A stretch of DNA of 64,000 nucleotides from Eimeria praecox (Eukaryota), in contig OY986950.1 in NCBI GenBank assembly GCA_963920595.1, positions 3,410,001-3,474,000 of the forward strand. Reading direction: 5' to 3'. A program made the position numbers and the translations under genes. Below the pieces are notes generated by a model, which did no database searches, was not told where the DNA came from, and was given only the letters and a program-made list of their open reading frames with translations. Positions 48,701 through 62,539 of the stretch are shown one piece after another (the first letter of the stretch is position 1; the number at the start of each line of letters is the position of its first letter).

Positions 48701-51700
48701 CAGCGGTAGCAGCAGCACAGCGAACCTGCGCATGTCTTCCGCGCCAAGCTCAGCTCCGCTTGAAGCAACTAGTAAGTCATCTTTTGAAGTGAGGCGTAGC
48801 TTCTTCAAGGGCAAACTCGCATCCGGAGGTGCAGATGCTGTAGCTGCAGTGGCTGTTTTTGCTCCTGACTCCCCTTCTTTCGCGCGCTGGTGTTTGCTCT
48901 GAAGGCGCATGCATGCACTTAGGCGGAGCTCACCATGCAGCAGTTCTGCGAGGCGAGCCGCGAGAGGCAGAATCCTCTCTGCTGCTTCGTCTGGTGATGC
49001 GCTGGATGCTGCAGCAAGCTGCTGCTGCGCGCTGTGAGGTTCCACGCAAAGGCGAGCGCTAAGAGGATCATGCAGCAGCGAAGAGGTTTCCACAGTCTTT
49101 GAAGCTTTGTTTCCTTTTGAAGCGAGGCGGGGGAGAGAAAAGTGCAGCAGTGCAGCAAAAGACGGGGACTCTTGCCGTTCGCACTGCTTCAAAAGGCCTG
49201 CTGCCGTCTCAGCCACAGAAGCCTCCTTCTTTGTGCCGCTGGCACGGCCGCTGCTGATGCAAGGAGCGTCTAAACTCAAGCAGATCATGCAATAGAAGCT
49301 GCAGCAACGAAACAGAAGGAAGGAGGCATGCCTTACATCATGGCGCTTCGGTGGTGGGGCTACTGCTGTTGCTGTTACTTCTGTTGTCTTCAGGTGTGCT
49401 GCGTGCTGAGTTGCTCACCTGCGGGCAGGATGGTTCGTAGGGAAAGCCTTAGACGCAAGCCTCAAGGCTTCTTGGAGAAGCAGCTGCTGTGACGCTGCCC
49501 AGCTGATCGAGGAGTCGTCTGGGCTTGCCTCAAGAGGTGTCTCACTTAGCTCAGCTTCATTTGACTGGGCTGTCTGTGTTGCCGTTACAGTTTCCGGCGG
49601 ATGCAACCAGATAGCGAACGTCCAGTCCAGAAGCGCTATAAGCTGCTCCTCAAGGTATTCGTGTTGCTGCTGCAGCTGCTGTAGCTGCTGCTGCGGCACC
49701 CGCTGTTGCTGCTGCAGGTGGTTCTGTTGCTGCAGAGCCTCTCTAAGGGAACCTAAGCGCATTGACAGCCAATCACCGCAGCTGCGAAGCGCTTGCAATG
49801 CCGACGGGGTTGTAGGACTGTCGAGGGCCGCACTGAGAGAAAGAGCAGCAGAAGCCACGCGTCGTTTTTGCGACTGCGTTTTTGATTCCTTCTGTTGTGC
49901 GTCAGCCTCAATAGCGCGGGGCAGCAGCAATAGCAGCTGTTGCAACAGCTGCAGCATCCCCTTGGTCACTGCCACAGCAAAGGAATCGCTCCACGACCTC
50001 TCGTTCTCCACTCCCTTTGCAAGGCAGCAACTGCTGCTGGTACAGGGGCTGCTGGCGTTGTTGCTGCTAAGAATGGGGGAAAATGGAAAGACACGGCAGG
50101 CAGCAGATACCGAGTCCAGAAGGAGAGGGAGAAGCTCGCGAGTGGCCGGCTGCAGCAGCAGCTCTGCTGCACTGTGCGGACGGAGCGTTAGCGGGATGGT
50201 GTCTTGGCTTATTTGATATACGATGTCAGGAGACACCACAGAATCAGCGGCGAAGACAGCAGCAGAGCACTGCATGAATTGCTGCAGTATTTGCTGGGAC
50301 CCGCTGAGGGTGGCGTCGTTCCTCCCCTCCCCAGCAACAGCGGAAGCAGCAAGTGGATCTGTGAAATCAGCAACAAGAATCTCTGATGCTGGGGGTGCTG
50401 CAACCAGCATCAGCTGTTCGAGCGCCCGAGAAAAGAAGTCCAAAAGCAAGCAGCTTATGTGTGCTGCTGAGGGGCAGAGCATCCTTTGCTGCAGCGGCTG
50501 TTGCTGTGTTGCATCTGTGGAAGGTGCGTCAGCTGTTGCGGCTGCAGCACCAACTGCGTGAACATCGCAGCAGAACCACCGTTGCAGTCGCAGGCACCAC
50601 TGCAGAAAAGACAGCGCAGCGCTGACGCGGACTGTAGGCTGTCCAGGGCTGATCCCCCACTGCAACGTCTGCTGCAGCAAGCCCAGTGCCTCCCACTGTA
50701 GCTGCAGCACAGCAAGGCAAAACCGCCTCTCTGCAGCAGCTCGGCTTCCAGTCAACTGCTGCAGCAGCTTCTGCTGCACCTTACTGGGCAGCGGCGCCCT
50801 TGATTCTTGCGTGCGGACACTTGTGGAGCCAAGCAACATCGGCACCTGCTGCACCTGCTGCAGCTGCTGCAGTGGGCGGAGGAGAACCAAGTCGAACAGC
50901 AGCTCAAGCAGCAGTCCGTCATCCGTGTTGCTCTGCATGCAAGCAAAATGCCACAGCCACAAAAGCATGCGCGCACGCAGGTGATCAGGTTCCTGCACCC
51001 GGTGTCTTGCTGCTGCTACTACTCTATTAAGCAGCTACAACTCCACTTGCACACTCTTGGGTGACCAGCAGCCAGCAAAGCAGGCCCACAGATGCAGAGG
51101 CCCCCTACTCCACCAACAGTCATGACCCGTGAACCCTCAGTGCAGGCAGCAGCAGCGTTTTCAGTTGCTAAAACAGCAAAGTAGCAGTTTACCGCAGTCG
51201 CAAGCCGAGTCAGCGCAGCAGTGCAGGGGTCAGCAATCGACGAAAAAGGGATGCAGCTACCCAGTATCATTGGAGCAAGGATTACTGGAGGCAGAACTAT
51301 GTCTTTGGCTTTTCCTGTTGCAGTCGTTGCTGTCGGTGCTGCTGGAGTTGCTTCTGTTGTTGGGGCTTCCGATGATGCATTTGTCAGGTGTTGGGATTCA
51401 TTTTTGGTCTCTGGAGCTTCAACCGGAGCACCCGCTTCATCAGCAGCAGCAGCAGCAGCAGCTGCTGCTGCTGCTGCTGCTGCTGTTTTCTCGTCTGCAA
51501 CAGGAGCAGCGCTAGCAGCTTTGGTCAGCAGCTGCACCGCACGCGCCTGTTGAAGCACTAACTCCTGACGGGAAAGCCTGCAGCTGTTTTCCCACAGCCT
51601 GACAGTACCAGCTGAGAGCCCCCTCCCGGATTTTTCGGACTCTGTTGATGCTGCTGCAGGTGCTGCAGCAGGTGCTGCCCCCGCTGGTGTAGAGCCAGCT

Positions 51701-52762
51701 TGTTGCGACCCCAGCACATCTACGAAGGAGCAGCAGACAAACTCACCGACCTTTCCCCGGTGGGTCGTTTGGCTTCGCTGCTTCTCCCGAAGGTGAAGTG
51801 CCCTCCAGTCAATGCTCTGTGCCACTTGAGCCGCCTTCTGCTGCAGCTGCTGCATCTCTACCAAATCTGTGGCTCCTGCTGCTGCTGCTGAGTTCCCCCC
51901 CAGCAGCAGCAGCTCGCATATCGCCTGTAGTGCTGCAAGGAACGGGGGAGACGGCTTGCTGCAATAGGGCAAGCGGCTGCTGCTCATGATTGCTGGAGCA
52001 GCGGCTTTATCAGCGAGCACCTCCGTCTTAACTACTGCCAGGGCCTCTAGGACGCGGGCTCCCGTAGGACTGCTGCAACTGGGCTTTAGCGTCTCTAGTG
52101 TTTGAGGTACTGTGAGGCATTCCAACAGCAACAGTAGCATTTTGGGATAGCTCGTGGTAGCCCATTTGTCATAGTGCTGCAGCAGCAGCAGCCCGAGAGA
52201 GCAAAGGCTCTGTGCATCTCTGCGAGGTATAGCGGCTGAGACGAACAGGGGGACGATGCCTCTCACCACCGATAAGTTACTGGGCCGAATGGGGGGTAGC
52301 TGAAGTTGCTCCAGTTGCTGCGTCAGCAGCTCCTGCTTCTCTCCCGTGCGTTGTTGCTGCTCTGCAGCAGCTAGAAGATGCAGTAGCTCTTCTGCAGGCA
52401 CAGGCACCTGTGGAGCCTCCTTAACGCGACGGAGGCAGCTGTTTACAATTCCAATGACCTGCACGTACGCATATACACGGAAAGACCGTGTTGATCGCAG
52501 GGTGCAAAGCCTTTCTGCCTGTTCTTCCATTCGTGCTTCTGCTGCTGCTACTTACCTTGGGCAGGGACGCGGGTGGACATGTCATCAATTCCAACAATGC
52601 GCGTGGCAGCAGCTTCTTTAGCACAACAGCGAGAGACTCATCGCTGCACAGACTGAGCCGCAGCTCTGTTTGCTCATACTCTGCGTGCTTCTGTTGCAGT
52701 GTGCTTGTGCTCTTGGTTGCGGCAGCAGCTCCTGCTGCCGCCGCCTGTTGCTGTGGACCCAT
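40614..52762 (-). CDS. ECM29: Proteasome adapter/scaffold ECM29-like HEAT-repeat protein, multi-exon (internal boundaries and 3' end approximate)
   Basis: N-terminal EQTELRLSLCSDESLAVVLKKLLP..K|VIGIVNSCLRRVK..VPVPAEELL. Later LREAACKAGADVL, LWLSGARCLDDVIDEVRAAA, GSVGVASRCG, LLDPSPTVR and YRDLWTE appear in ECM29 order across consecutive minus-strand ORFs. Confidence 0.82.
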
Positions 52763-53491
52763 CGGGAGACGCTATATGGCACCCTTGTACACAATTGTCT
52801 CCATAGGCATCCATGCAAAGGAGGGTTTAGTTTGTGGAGCTCGGGAGGCTTTGCCTTATGTTGTTCGCTGCTGCGTGCCGATGGCTTGGTTTGTTCCGCA
52901 TAAGCAGCAAGCTGCACGTTGGCACTACTGCAGCCCCAATTCTCTTGCCTCTTTCTATATGTTGTTGTATCGTCGAATCCCTAGTGATGAGTGAATTTTC
53001 AGACAACATTCAATTTTCATCTACTGCAAACTTCAACCGCTGGCGGGTTGACCGCTGCCGAAAACATGCAGCCCCAAAAAGGAAAGGGTGTTCTAAAAGT
53101 CCTTCTATGGTCTATACAGGCCAATATTTAGTAATTATATTGAAATACTTCTTGGAATTACATGGATTAACTTCATAACAACCGCTATGCTTAGGTAACA
53201 AGCCCAGGGGGGATCACCAGCTTGAAGGCTTGGGTGTCGAAGGGAAGCCTCAAGGCAACAGGAAAACAATGATATGAGTTAAGCATGCTACTGCAGGACG
53301 CTGCAGCATACTTTTGTGCTGGCTCTACATCGAAGATCACCTGCACAGGATGCCGGAGTCCGCCCACTTTGCCGCAGCATTGCCACGAGCAGAAGATATA
53401 GCAGTTGTCGCTAACTTCCCTCTTCACTCCATCTCTGCACGGTATTTTCAGAGAAAGAAACAGTAACTGAGGCAACAGAGGTGAGGGCAAG
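52763..53491. promoter_or_regulatory. Putative bidirectional promoter between ECM29 and the DTW gene
   Basis: Divergent start codons ~730 bp apart; inferred from position only. Confidence 0.45.
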
Positions 53492-54919
53492 ATGCCTCCG
53501 GTGGATGCAGCAGGGCAGCAAGCAACCGACACCTCCGAGTGCTCATTTCCCAGCGCAGCGTGCGAGGCTCGGGATGCAGCAGGAGAAGCAGAAGCAGAGA
53601 AGGAGGAAGGGGAAGTGAGCAGGGACTGCAGCCCTGCAGCTGCTTTTATAGATGACTCTATGCAACAACAGGGACGACGACTGGGGCACCACCAGCAGCA
53701 GCACCGCCAGAATGAACAGTGGCAGCAAAAGCAGCACGAGAGGAAAGAGCAGCAGCACAAGCGGGAGCATTCCGAGTATAAAAAAACAGGGCAAGGACAA
53801 GAGGAGGAGGACCAGAACCAGCAGCCGAAAAGCCAGAACTCGAAGCGCCGTCGTGTGTGTTCTGGATGCAATCGCCCCTGTTCAGTTTGCTACTGTAGCA
53901 TCATACAAGGGAGAGATCTGAGCCTTTCTGATCCTGATGTTTCCTCTGTAGTCAACAGAGTCCTCATTTTCATGCATCCTCTTGAAAAGAAGAGGAAAAA
54001 TGGATCCGTCCGTGTGCTACAGAAGCTTGTCAAAGGCATTGAGATTTGGCCCCACAGAAGGCCCGGCTGTTGCCCGTTCGCTGCCGAGCAGCAGCAGCAG
54101 CCACAGCAGCAGGAAGGGGAGGAGGAGCAGCATGAAATGCAGGGGAACGAAGTGCTGCAAGAACAAGAAGGGCCTTCTCCTGCTTCCTCAGCAGTGTCAC
54201 GCAGTGAGGGACTGAAGGCAAGTATTGTCGACTGTGAAGTTGAAGGAGCAGCAGAAAGGTCTCAACAGCAGCAGAAGCAGCAGCAGCATGCAGAGCTACA
54301 GAGGCAGCCACAGCCGGAGCAGCAGGGCCAGCAGGACCAGCAGCACCTGTGTACCCGCGATGGTGTTGCGGTGTGCGACACGACCAGAATGGTTTTGCTG
54401 TTCCCCACAGAGGCTTCTCTTGCTTTAGGAGTTGGATCTTTGCCTGTTCGCCTCCCTGTGACCCTCCTAGCTATCGACGGCACATGGAAAGAAGCCAAGG
54501 AGATGTTCAGCGCTTCTCCCTGGCTGCAGCAATTGCCCGCTGTCCACCTCCCCATGCAGTGTATGGACCCCGTACACCATGCCAGTGCTGCTTCAGCTGC
54601 GAGGACTGTTATTGCCAATGCGGATGCTGATGATGCTGCATCCTGTGGCAGTAGCAGGAGGACGGATAGTGCAGAGGCGCTCCGCGTCTCTGGGGCCTAC
54701 GGGATGATACGAACTCCCCCAGCCAGCGTAGCAGCAAGTGGAGGAGTCTGTACAGCCGAAGCAGTTGCCCAAGCTTTGTCCGTTTTGGGACGCTGGGGCC
54801 GCAGCGGCTCCTCATCGCTGCTGCAAATAGGTGAAACCACAAGAGAGACACTACAGCACATAGTCTCCCTGCAGCAGCGCATGCGAGATGGAAGCACTAA
54901 CCAGAATGAAACAGCATGA
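53492..54919 (+). CDS. DTW-domain tRNA-uridine aminocarboxypropyltransferase (DTWD2/TapT-like)
   Basis: CSGCNRPCSVCYC, IFMHPLE, LLFP, IDGTWKEAKEM..SPWL..LP.V.L, Y..IR..P and VCTAEA motifs. Confidence 0.92.
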   Translation: MPPVDAAGQQATDTSECSFPSAACEARDAAGEAEAEKEEGEVSRDCSPAAAFIDDSMQQQGRRLGHHQQQHRQNEQWQQKQHERKEQQHKREHSEYKKTGQGQEEEDQNQQPKSQNSKRRRVCSGCNRPCSVCYCSIIQGRDLSLSDPDVSSVVNRVLIFMHPLEKKRKNGSVRVLQKLVKGIEIWPHRRPGCCPFAAEQQQQPQQQEGEEEQHEMQGNEVLQEQEGPSPASSAVSRSEGLKASIVDCEVEGAAERSQQQQKQQQHAELQRQPQPEQQGQQDQQHLCTRDGVAVCDTTRMVLLFPTEASLALGVGSLPVRLPVTLLAIDGTWKEAKEMFSASPWLQQLPAVHLPMQCMDPVHHASAASAARTVIANADADDAASCGSSRRTDSAEALRVSGAYGMIRTPPASVAASGGVCTAEAVAQALSVLGRWGRSGSSSLLQIGETTRETLQHIVSLQQRMRDGSTNQNETA

Positions 54920-55190
54920 CATGGGGGAAAACTTCCAGAAGAGGCGAAGAAAGCATTAGCGCCGCTCTTGCTCCCCCCTCTTGCTGCAGAGGAACGCCAC
55001 ATATATTCATTCTTCCCTTATGAAACTTAGGCCGCAGCCTTCAGAAGTACAACTTGTCAACAGCAGGATCGACCACACCGCTTTACCTACCGCCAAACTT
55101 ACGTGTTTCCTCCGTTGTTGTGGCTGCTCCTCTATGTTAGCTTAAACCTAGACACCCAGCAGGTAGGGAGACCTAGCTTGCGCAACTCTT

Positions 55191-55260
55191 AACCCCAATT
55201 GCTGCCTTTGACACCAAATCGGCTGAACCCCAATTGCTGCCTTTGACACCAAATCGGCTG
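55191..55260. repeat. Perfect 35-bp tandem duplication
   Basis: AACCCCAATTGCTGCCTTTGACACCAAATCGGCTG occurs twice. Confidence 0.95.
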
Positions 55261-56444
55261 CTGAATCGAGTCGAAACAGTAGGGTGCCTTCGTATCTGCC
55301 ATAGATAGATGGCCGCCCAACTTCTGGCATCCCTACATGTTCTTGAAGGAATGAATGCCTGCTAGTACCTCCCCGTTCGGGTTTCTACCTCTCAATGGGC
55401 AAACTGCATTCCTCAATGCTCATTTGAAACTCTGACTATACTAGCAGCTGGCTCCCACTACCTAGAAGCTGCGTAGTTTGTCCTAAACCTTGCTTCCTCC
55501 CTTCCCCCTACTGATGTCGTTTATGTGGATATGTTCGACAGCTCGGGCCGCGTTCCTCCGCAACAAAGTTACTCACCAGTACCGCTTATTCCCCCTAGTG
55601 TCCCCATGGCAACAATATTTCCACCTACACTGCAGCCGTCTGCACCTCCCTATTCTAAAGCTCAGCTATCAACTTTCACTTGGAAAAGCCCGCCACACGC
55701 TTTGGCACCGCCCTCATGAACCCTGAAACATCAGGTTTCACGAACATCCGTCGTGCACAGCCTCCCGCGGCCTTTGCCCTCATCCAACCTCCAACACTTC
55801 AAAAGAAAAAGCGTAAGTGAAAATTCATTGTAGCTGCTCAAATTATTCAATCGGCTCTGCACCTTGCTGACGGGCAACCGTCGCCGCAGATGGACCGAGC
55901 AAGCCGGTTCAATGCAAAATGGCCCGCTTCCCTTATCGGTCCCCATGTAACTTCAAATTCATAGCAAAACGTTTATCCGAATGGAAATAACAGAATGGAG
56001 GGTCGAAAACTCCTCAGAGGCAGCATATAATGGCGCTGACCACTACTGGCATCTCGATAACGTTGTAATAAAAGGCCCTTGATAATAAACAAAAGACCCC
56101 TTTGGCTGTCCCACTCTGCACAACCAACTCACAAGAGCCTATCCGCGCTCGCCATTGCTGCACACTATCGCGGTAATCTGCCTGCGCATTGCACCCGATG
56201 GCAACTGTGAATTTGAAAGTCCAGTAATGTCCTCCGTACCCGTCCAATTCTGTCCCTGCAAAGTTACAAACAAACCTCAAACAGACTCGCCCGTATGCAT
56301 CCAAGCAACTCTTTTCACACCGTGCACCCTAATGGACGCCCAACCTGTGAGTGCCGACTAGCGAAAACCGGGTAAGTATGCAGCAAGTACGGCAAGTACG
56401 CAGCTAAGCATACACTATTCTGGGCCTACTTTATGCCTCCTTCC

Positions 56445-58015
56445 TCAGACGCTGCCAGTTCCTGTTGGCTCCTGTGTAGCACTTGTTCCTCTGCTAGAAC
56501 CCTCATCTCCATTTTCCGGTTCGTGTTTCGCTGCCTTCCCAGCGTCCGTTTCCTGGTCTCCCCATTCATACAACGACGCGTCCACATTTTTTGCGCCGGA
56601 GTCGGCAAGGATCTTCACTTGCTGCTTACCCTGCGTGTACACCTCCTCGACCCACTGTCGCAGCTCTTCCGGCTTTACAGACTTGAGCGCATGCGTATCA
56701 TCTGCTCACAAGAAGCACGCCCCAACGCTTCCCTTATTATCCTAATCCCTTGCCAAGCACATCGACCAGTTCCTCCGTCGGTAACTTCTATAAGGCCATC
56801 TGCAACGGTGCACAGGTCCAACTATTTCCTTCGAAGGTTGCTAGATCGCTGCTCATTTGCTCTTAAGGCTCAGGCGTAAACCTCACTTATGACTTCTAGA
56901 CGGCTGCGACCCGGCCCATCTGCAGTTTCAAGAAGACGGATCGAATCATCCAGAGGGACTGTCTTGTCCCCCGAACCATGCACAATCACCACGTAAGGGA
57001 TCCCATGCAGCGTGAAGCCGTTACGCAGGCGCATGAAGCGGCAGTACTGCTCGTGAGCGGGAGAAAGCAACAACTACGAGACAAGTGCAATCATATGCGC
57101 ATGCGCACACATAAACGGCCCGCTGAAGCATATGCAGCGGATGTACCGTGGCCCTGCTGCTGCTAGCGCTAGTATCGATCATTCCTACCACCGCCTGCGA
57201 TGCTCAATATGTGCATTTGCTGCCTGTTTCTAATAAGGGGAAACGTTTGGCCCAACCCTCACCATTGGCACTTTTGGAACATCCATACTGAGGGCCACTA
57301 CAGACCCAAAGGAAGTGGCAACAATGACATTAGACCTCTGCTCCTTAAACTTCTTCTCGGCTATGCGAACGGCCTTCTGCCACATGTAGCGCGTGGCAGC
57401 CTTCCCCCCGAACCAGTATGCCAGCAGGAGCACTGCCGCCTAGGCAAATGCACGAAGCAAAAACCACACACAGAAGTAACAACAGTCACACAGAGTGCCG
57501 AGGATACTGAAGCAAGAGCATTCGACGCGGGTCTAAAGAGCCCGACGAAGAAGCGCACTGGCCGTTTCAATGCGTCTGAAGAGAGAGTCAGCACATATAA
57601 TCTGGCCAAAAGGCGTTCTTGGTAGGATACGAACAAGCCTGACTGTGCTGTTTCCCTCTCACCGATGCAATAAAGACGCACATGCCGATATACCACTTCG
57701 CCAGCACAGCGGCTGCTCTGCAGAGGCCAAGCACAAAACAACCTCCCTTTTCTGTTTCTATAAACACCAGCATGAGGAAGCGTCTTAAGCAAGTCAACGT
57801 GGGCGTTTTTAAACCTACATAACCGTGCTGAGGAGGCAAACAGTCAGGACCAGGAAGATGAGTACAAAGAGCATGATGGTCTGTCGTGTCTTCAAGTTTG
57901 GAGCCTTCACTCTTTGCTTCCCAATGGCCTTTTCCAGCAGGCGTTGTTTCTCACTGCCTGGCGCTGAGTCCAGGTCGTGCAGAAAAAGTACCCGCAGGTC
58001 ATGACCTCCCGCCAT
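56445..58015 (-). CDS. Membrane-anchored alpha/beta hydrolase (YqiA/UPF0227-like), about 5 exons
   Basis: VLFLHDLDSAPGSEK, two hydrophobic segments, nucleophile elbow VIVATSFGS, LLLSPA, VIVHGSGDKTVPLDDS, and spliced EVINDTHAL (His). Confidence 0.8.
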
Positions 58016-60599
58016 GGTTGTGCTTTGAGAATGCATCTTCCCAGTTCCTGGTCGGCGAGAGGCAATACGAATAATAATTGCCTCTTATTGCTAGAGCAAC
58101 TGCTGATATGGCTTCCCTGGGGAATGCAACTCGAGTGAACGCTAATGCCCAACTACAGAATTCGCACTCCCTGCCCCGTTGGTACAGGCTGCGAGAAGTC
58201 CCTGCTGCCGAGCCTATAGGCGCGCATGTAACGACCGCTTATCACGCGAACACGTCGCCCGCTGTTGAAATTGTAGCCTGTTTCAAAGGCGTTTCGTTGC
58301 TGAAGGGCTACACGGTAGCCTCGATGAAGTGCTCTCCAGATCCGACGGGTTATCCGTGAGCCCAGCCCCTACTCGGTGTTGCTATAAATCCCAACCCCTA
58401 ACCCAGAGAAAAATGCTGCAACAAGGCAGTCAAAAGTGTGGCTGGGATTGAAAGGCCCAACCAAACGTAGCCGGTTAGGAGACGAGAGCCGTGCGGTGCG
58501 CAGAGCAGGGAGGATCCTGGTACACGCTGCCGCAATACCGTGGTACTTGCGTTGTTAAAATGCGTCGAAAGGCCTCAGAACCTGAATTTCCTGTCCTCTT
58601 CTTACGCATGCCTTCTGGTTCGCTGCGTGCGTGTGTGTGTTAGTCCTGTCCGTCCCACGCGATTGCTTCTGCGGAGACGGCGTATGCTAAAAGCGTATAA
58701 AGAGGGGAAATCGAGATTAAAACCGACCTATAGGACGGACTGTGGCCCCGCCGAAGCTTGATGACGAGGAAGAAGATGTAAACGGGGCAATTAACATAGA
58801 AGGGAACTCCAGCCAAATGGTCTAACACACGGGCATCAGTAATGGTCTGCCCGCGACAAGAATTCCGAAATATCTGGCCATCAAAAGTGCAAAACAGCGA
58901 CAATTTGGTCTGCAAAATCCCAGGCAAACAACGCAAGTCACGGGGGATCCGAAAGCGAATCAGAAAACAAAGAAGTGCACGGCAAAAAACCTGCAAGAAA
59001 ATGACGGCGAGAGTTGATCATACCAAACGAGCCCCACAACTATCCATAGTCCTCTGGGCTTCCTCTCTGGAGTAAAAAGGCTATTTTTGCTTTATTACTT
59101 TACCTTCATTTAGCGTTCATCCCAAGGAGATGAACAGGAGGACGCAGCGTCAGACAGAACTCCACACCAGCAATGGCAGCTGGGCGTGAAGCAGCCGGCA
59201 AAACGTGGCACGCTGGGTTCAATGAATTTATGCATTAACGGCTTCTGTAAGGCACCAGTCTCTATACAGTATATATTATCTTACTGTATTATGCCAGTTT
59301 AGATCTAGGGAGATCCTGAAACTTTTTTTTGCCAGTTGAGCCATTAGGATGGACAGCAATGGTGCTCCAGGACCGAGTATGCCCTAACCATGGAGCTACA
59401 AGCTGGTATATCTGGATTCGTATGCAAATTTCACGTATGATAATGCAGTTTTTATAATTTAATAACGGTTAAATTGAGTTTAAGGCCTTATTCCGTAATA
59501 AAAGAGTTTCATCGGGGGCGCTCAACGCTTTCCCCACTCGAAGTACCTTCTGTACATAGATTGTTCGAGTAGCTGAGGAATCCGAATGCATTTTGGTTTT
59601 CGTTAATAATTTCCTGCTTGACTGGTCTAAAAACGATAACTAGTGCCTCAAACGTGCTGAAAGAAATTCATTTTAGGCTTACTTGTTTTTCAGGCTTTTT
59701 GCCATTTGGTGACTCGAGACGCCTGTAAACAGTGTAACGTATTATATACTGTTTTTAGTGTACACTGCCTTTTCTCTCCCTTTCCCACCATCTCTTGGTG
59801 CCTAGACTCAATAAGTGCAAATGCTGTCAAGTGCCACTGCGCATAGTCCACCGGCACCTGGGGCAACGTCGGATGAGTGGCATGCTTTGCATAGCGCTGG
59901 TACTCGTATCGCAACTTGCTCGTTGGCTTACACATGGGGATAGAGTAGGAGCTTAACGACAGTCTACACTTCAGTTTACAAACTGGAGCAAGCAGCAAAG
60001 GAGTTGCGCGTTCATGTAGTGCCGCCTTGCAGCACTAGCTCCACCAGTACGCGCTGTAGTCCATCAGAGGCCTGTCGATGGCTCCACCTGCCCCAGGCCT
60101 TGGGTCGGTGCACCCAGTACTCCTTGAGGCTAGAGGTGCAGGATTAGCTGGTTTCTGCTGGCCCTTTCTCTAAGTCTTTTACTCACTTGCAAATCATGAC
60201 GGTCATTGGGTTAGATGGAGGCCTTGCGTTAAACGTCGTAGTAGAGCGCGGCTCTTGGGGGGCACGCGTGAGCAGCAAGACCCACCCCCCGCATGGAGCT
60301 TCTATGTGGGACCAGCTCATCACGACATAATCGTATGCTTGCCGCGGGTGAATCAGCGGAAGGAGCGCACGTCGACACTCTTGAACGGCTTAAAGCGACA
60401 GAGTGCACGTCTTGGCGCTCCCTATAGCGTTTGCATCCTCTACGGTAAGGGACGTAGCATCAATGTCCCAAGGGTAAAGAAGCAAGGAGACCCTTATGCA
60501 ATGTAGAGGCATCGCAGTGAACGATAGAGAAATGCCGGCATTCCATCATGAAGGTCCTTCGAAGACCTCACCTTTGAGGAATTCGATCCAGTTAACGGC

Positions 60600-62400
60600 C
60601 TAACAGTAGCATAATTGACCAAAATTGAAGGAAGAGCTCTCAGGTGTGTTTAATAAGGAGCTAGCAGTGGGCAAGCTACTCGCAGGGCACTAAATGCACT
60701 GCCCGGAGCTCATCGGCAGAGCAGCCCCAAGCTAAGCTACAGTTCTACGGTACTAACGATCCCCACGTCTTCAAAAGGAACTCGAGCCGCAAGCTGAAGA
60801 ATAACTGGAAGAAGGCCAGCTGCAGCTGTCAAGCAGCGCCTTTGTGCACAATGCGGTGTTCGCGAAGGAAAAAGACAAGAGATGGCGCATGTACGCTGAC
60901 TTCACGCCCCTCAAAAAATCCAATGTGGAATACAAGTTCCCGATGCTCGAGATCCATTACTTACTCGATCCCTTGCAGCGCTTGGCAGTTTGCTTATCAT
61001 ATGACTTTGCTGACGATTTTTGCAGATTCCACTCCAGCCCGAGGACAGGCACAAGACTGCATTCTATACCCGCATGCGCGAACTAGAGCACACCTATATT
61101 TCCTTTTCACTCGTGGCAGCTGCCGCCAAATTGCATCTACGGGTCAACCACGAATTCTTGGGGTCCATCAGTGAGGAAAGAATGGCAATATATATATGGG
61201 TGGTGTGCTTGTGTTTAGCCGCAATTCATGGGGCACTTGCAGCACCTGCGGTGCTCTCTGCAACTACTATGGTAGAACAAGTGGTTAGCCAAACAGGGCA
61301 AAAGTGTTTTTTTTCATTCAAATAATTATTTTGTGCATCGTGCCTCTGCAGGAGGTGTCGAACCAGATCTGGTGAAGATAGAGGCGATGCGGATGTGGCG
61401 GCTAAACCACGGGCGCTTAGAAGTTCCTAGGTCTAGGATCGTGCTCCCGCACGTTCCTCTTTTCGCTCGCGCTGATGCGTCTCTGAGGGATATATGAGTG
61501 AGGCATAAATAACTTACCTGGACGGAGAGCCAAGATGAATCCGCCAGAAACCTCAGCAAACACCGTCTCCAGTACCCGCCTTCCGCGATCTAGGAAGGCT
61601 TTTTTTATTCTAATTGCCTATTGAAGCGCCGGCGGTCGAAGTGACCAATTGATTCAAAAAATCACGAAATAGTCGCCCGCTGATCTCACCGCTTTAAGGA
61701 ATGGAAAGAAAAGTGTCCGGTATCCGGTGCGTGAGAAGGAGCGGCAGGCGGTCTGGGGGCAAGTTAAAAGGTGCTTGCATTTGCTATATAGAAAGTACGG
61801 CACTTTCCGAACCCGCCGTCGATCCCTGATGAGAGTGACGAAGAATTTCAAGAGTACGTCAATGAAGAAGCGCTTAGTTAGCTCTGGCGGTTTGCAAAGG
61901 ACTACCCCACCGTCAAGTATGTCGAGCACCATTTTGGTCGCAAACGCACTGTCGCGGTGCCTGTCAGGCACTGTATGCTGCAGTTTTGCTTATCTGCAAT
62001 GAATCCCGTTTCTTGCCTAAATTTCGTTCTTGTTAACCCCTAGATACCCATGCGGGTACAGTTCTCTTAGGCTTAGCAACGAAAGGCGGGTTGAGCGCTG
62101 TAGCAGATGGTTGCTTGGTGCTTTTTGTGTCAGTGGCCTGGGGAGGGAGCATCGCGCAAACTGGCATGTCACTCGCTTGTGCTGCAACGAAGACGTGTTT
62201 GCCAAAATTAGAGCTTGGGCATTCAAGCGGATAGTAGTTGTGTGGAGGGGCTAATAGTGGCTTCTTCTTCGTTTCATACCCCAAAATTGTTTCTCTTTGT
62301 GGCGTTGGTCCGTCTTCGAAGGGGGGTAAATGCAAGCGAATCTAAGGATAAAGCTGCAGGAGAACGAGTCGAGACCAAGGAAATTCAGTTTGCCCGTGAG
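60600..62400 (+). mobile_element. Decayed Ty3/gypsy pol remnant (RT, RNase H, possibly integrase start)
   Basis: VFAKEKDKRWRMYADF..LKK..YKFPMLEIHYLLD, QIPLQPEDRHKTAFYT, GVEPDLVKIEAM, LTWTE and VANALSR; frameshifted; YxDD lost. Confidence 0.88.
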
Positions 62401-62539
62401 AGTCTACAAGGGCGAACCCCAACTTCGCCGAATTTGGCTTGATTCCAGACGCAGAGGCACGAAATTCTAAGAAGCTACCTTTCTGCACGAAAGACGAACA
62501 ATTGCCTTCGGCAGTCACTGCTACTCATGTAGCAGTGAC

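Noticed and set aside
53191..53871. 226-aa minus-strand ORF
   Set aside because: Antisense shadow of the DTW gene.
53492..54919. Functional linkage of the DTW tRNA-modifying gene to the tRNA-Lys array
   Set aside because: They are 19 kb apart in a eukaryote and separated by unrelated genes; probably coincidence.
58100..60550. Possible LTR/gag upstream of the 60.6-kb pol relic
   Set aside because: No direct repeat, PBS or Gag motif could be identified by eye.
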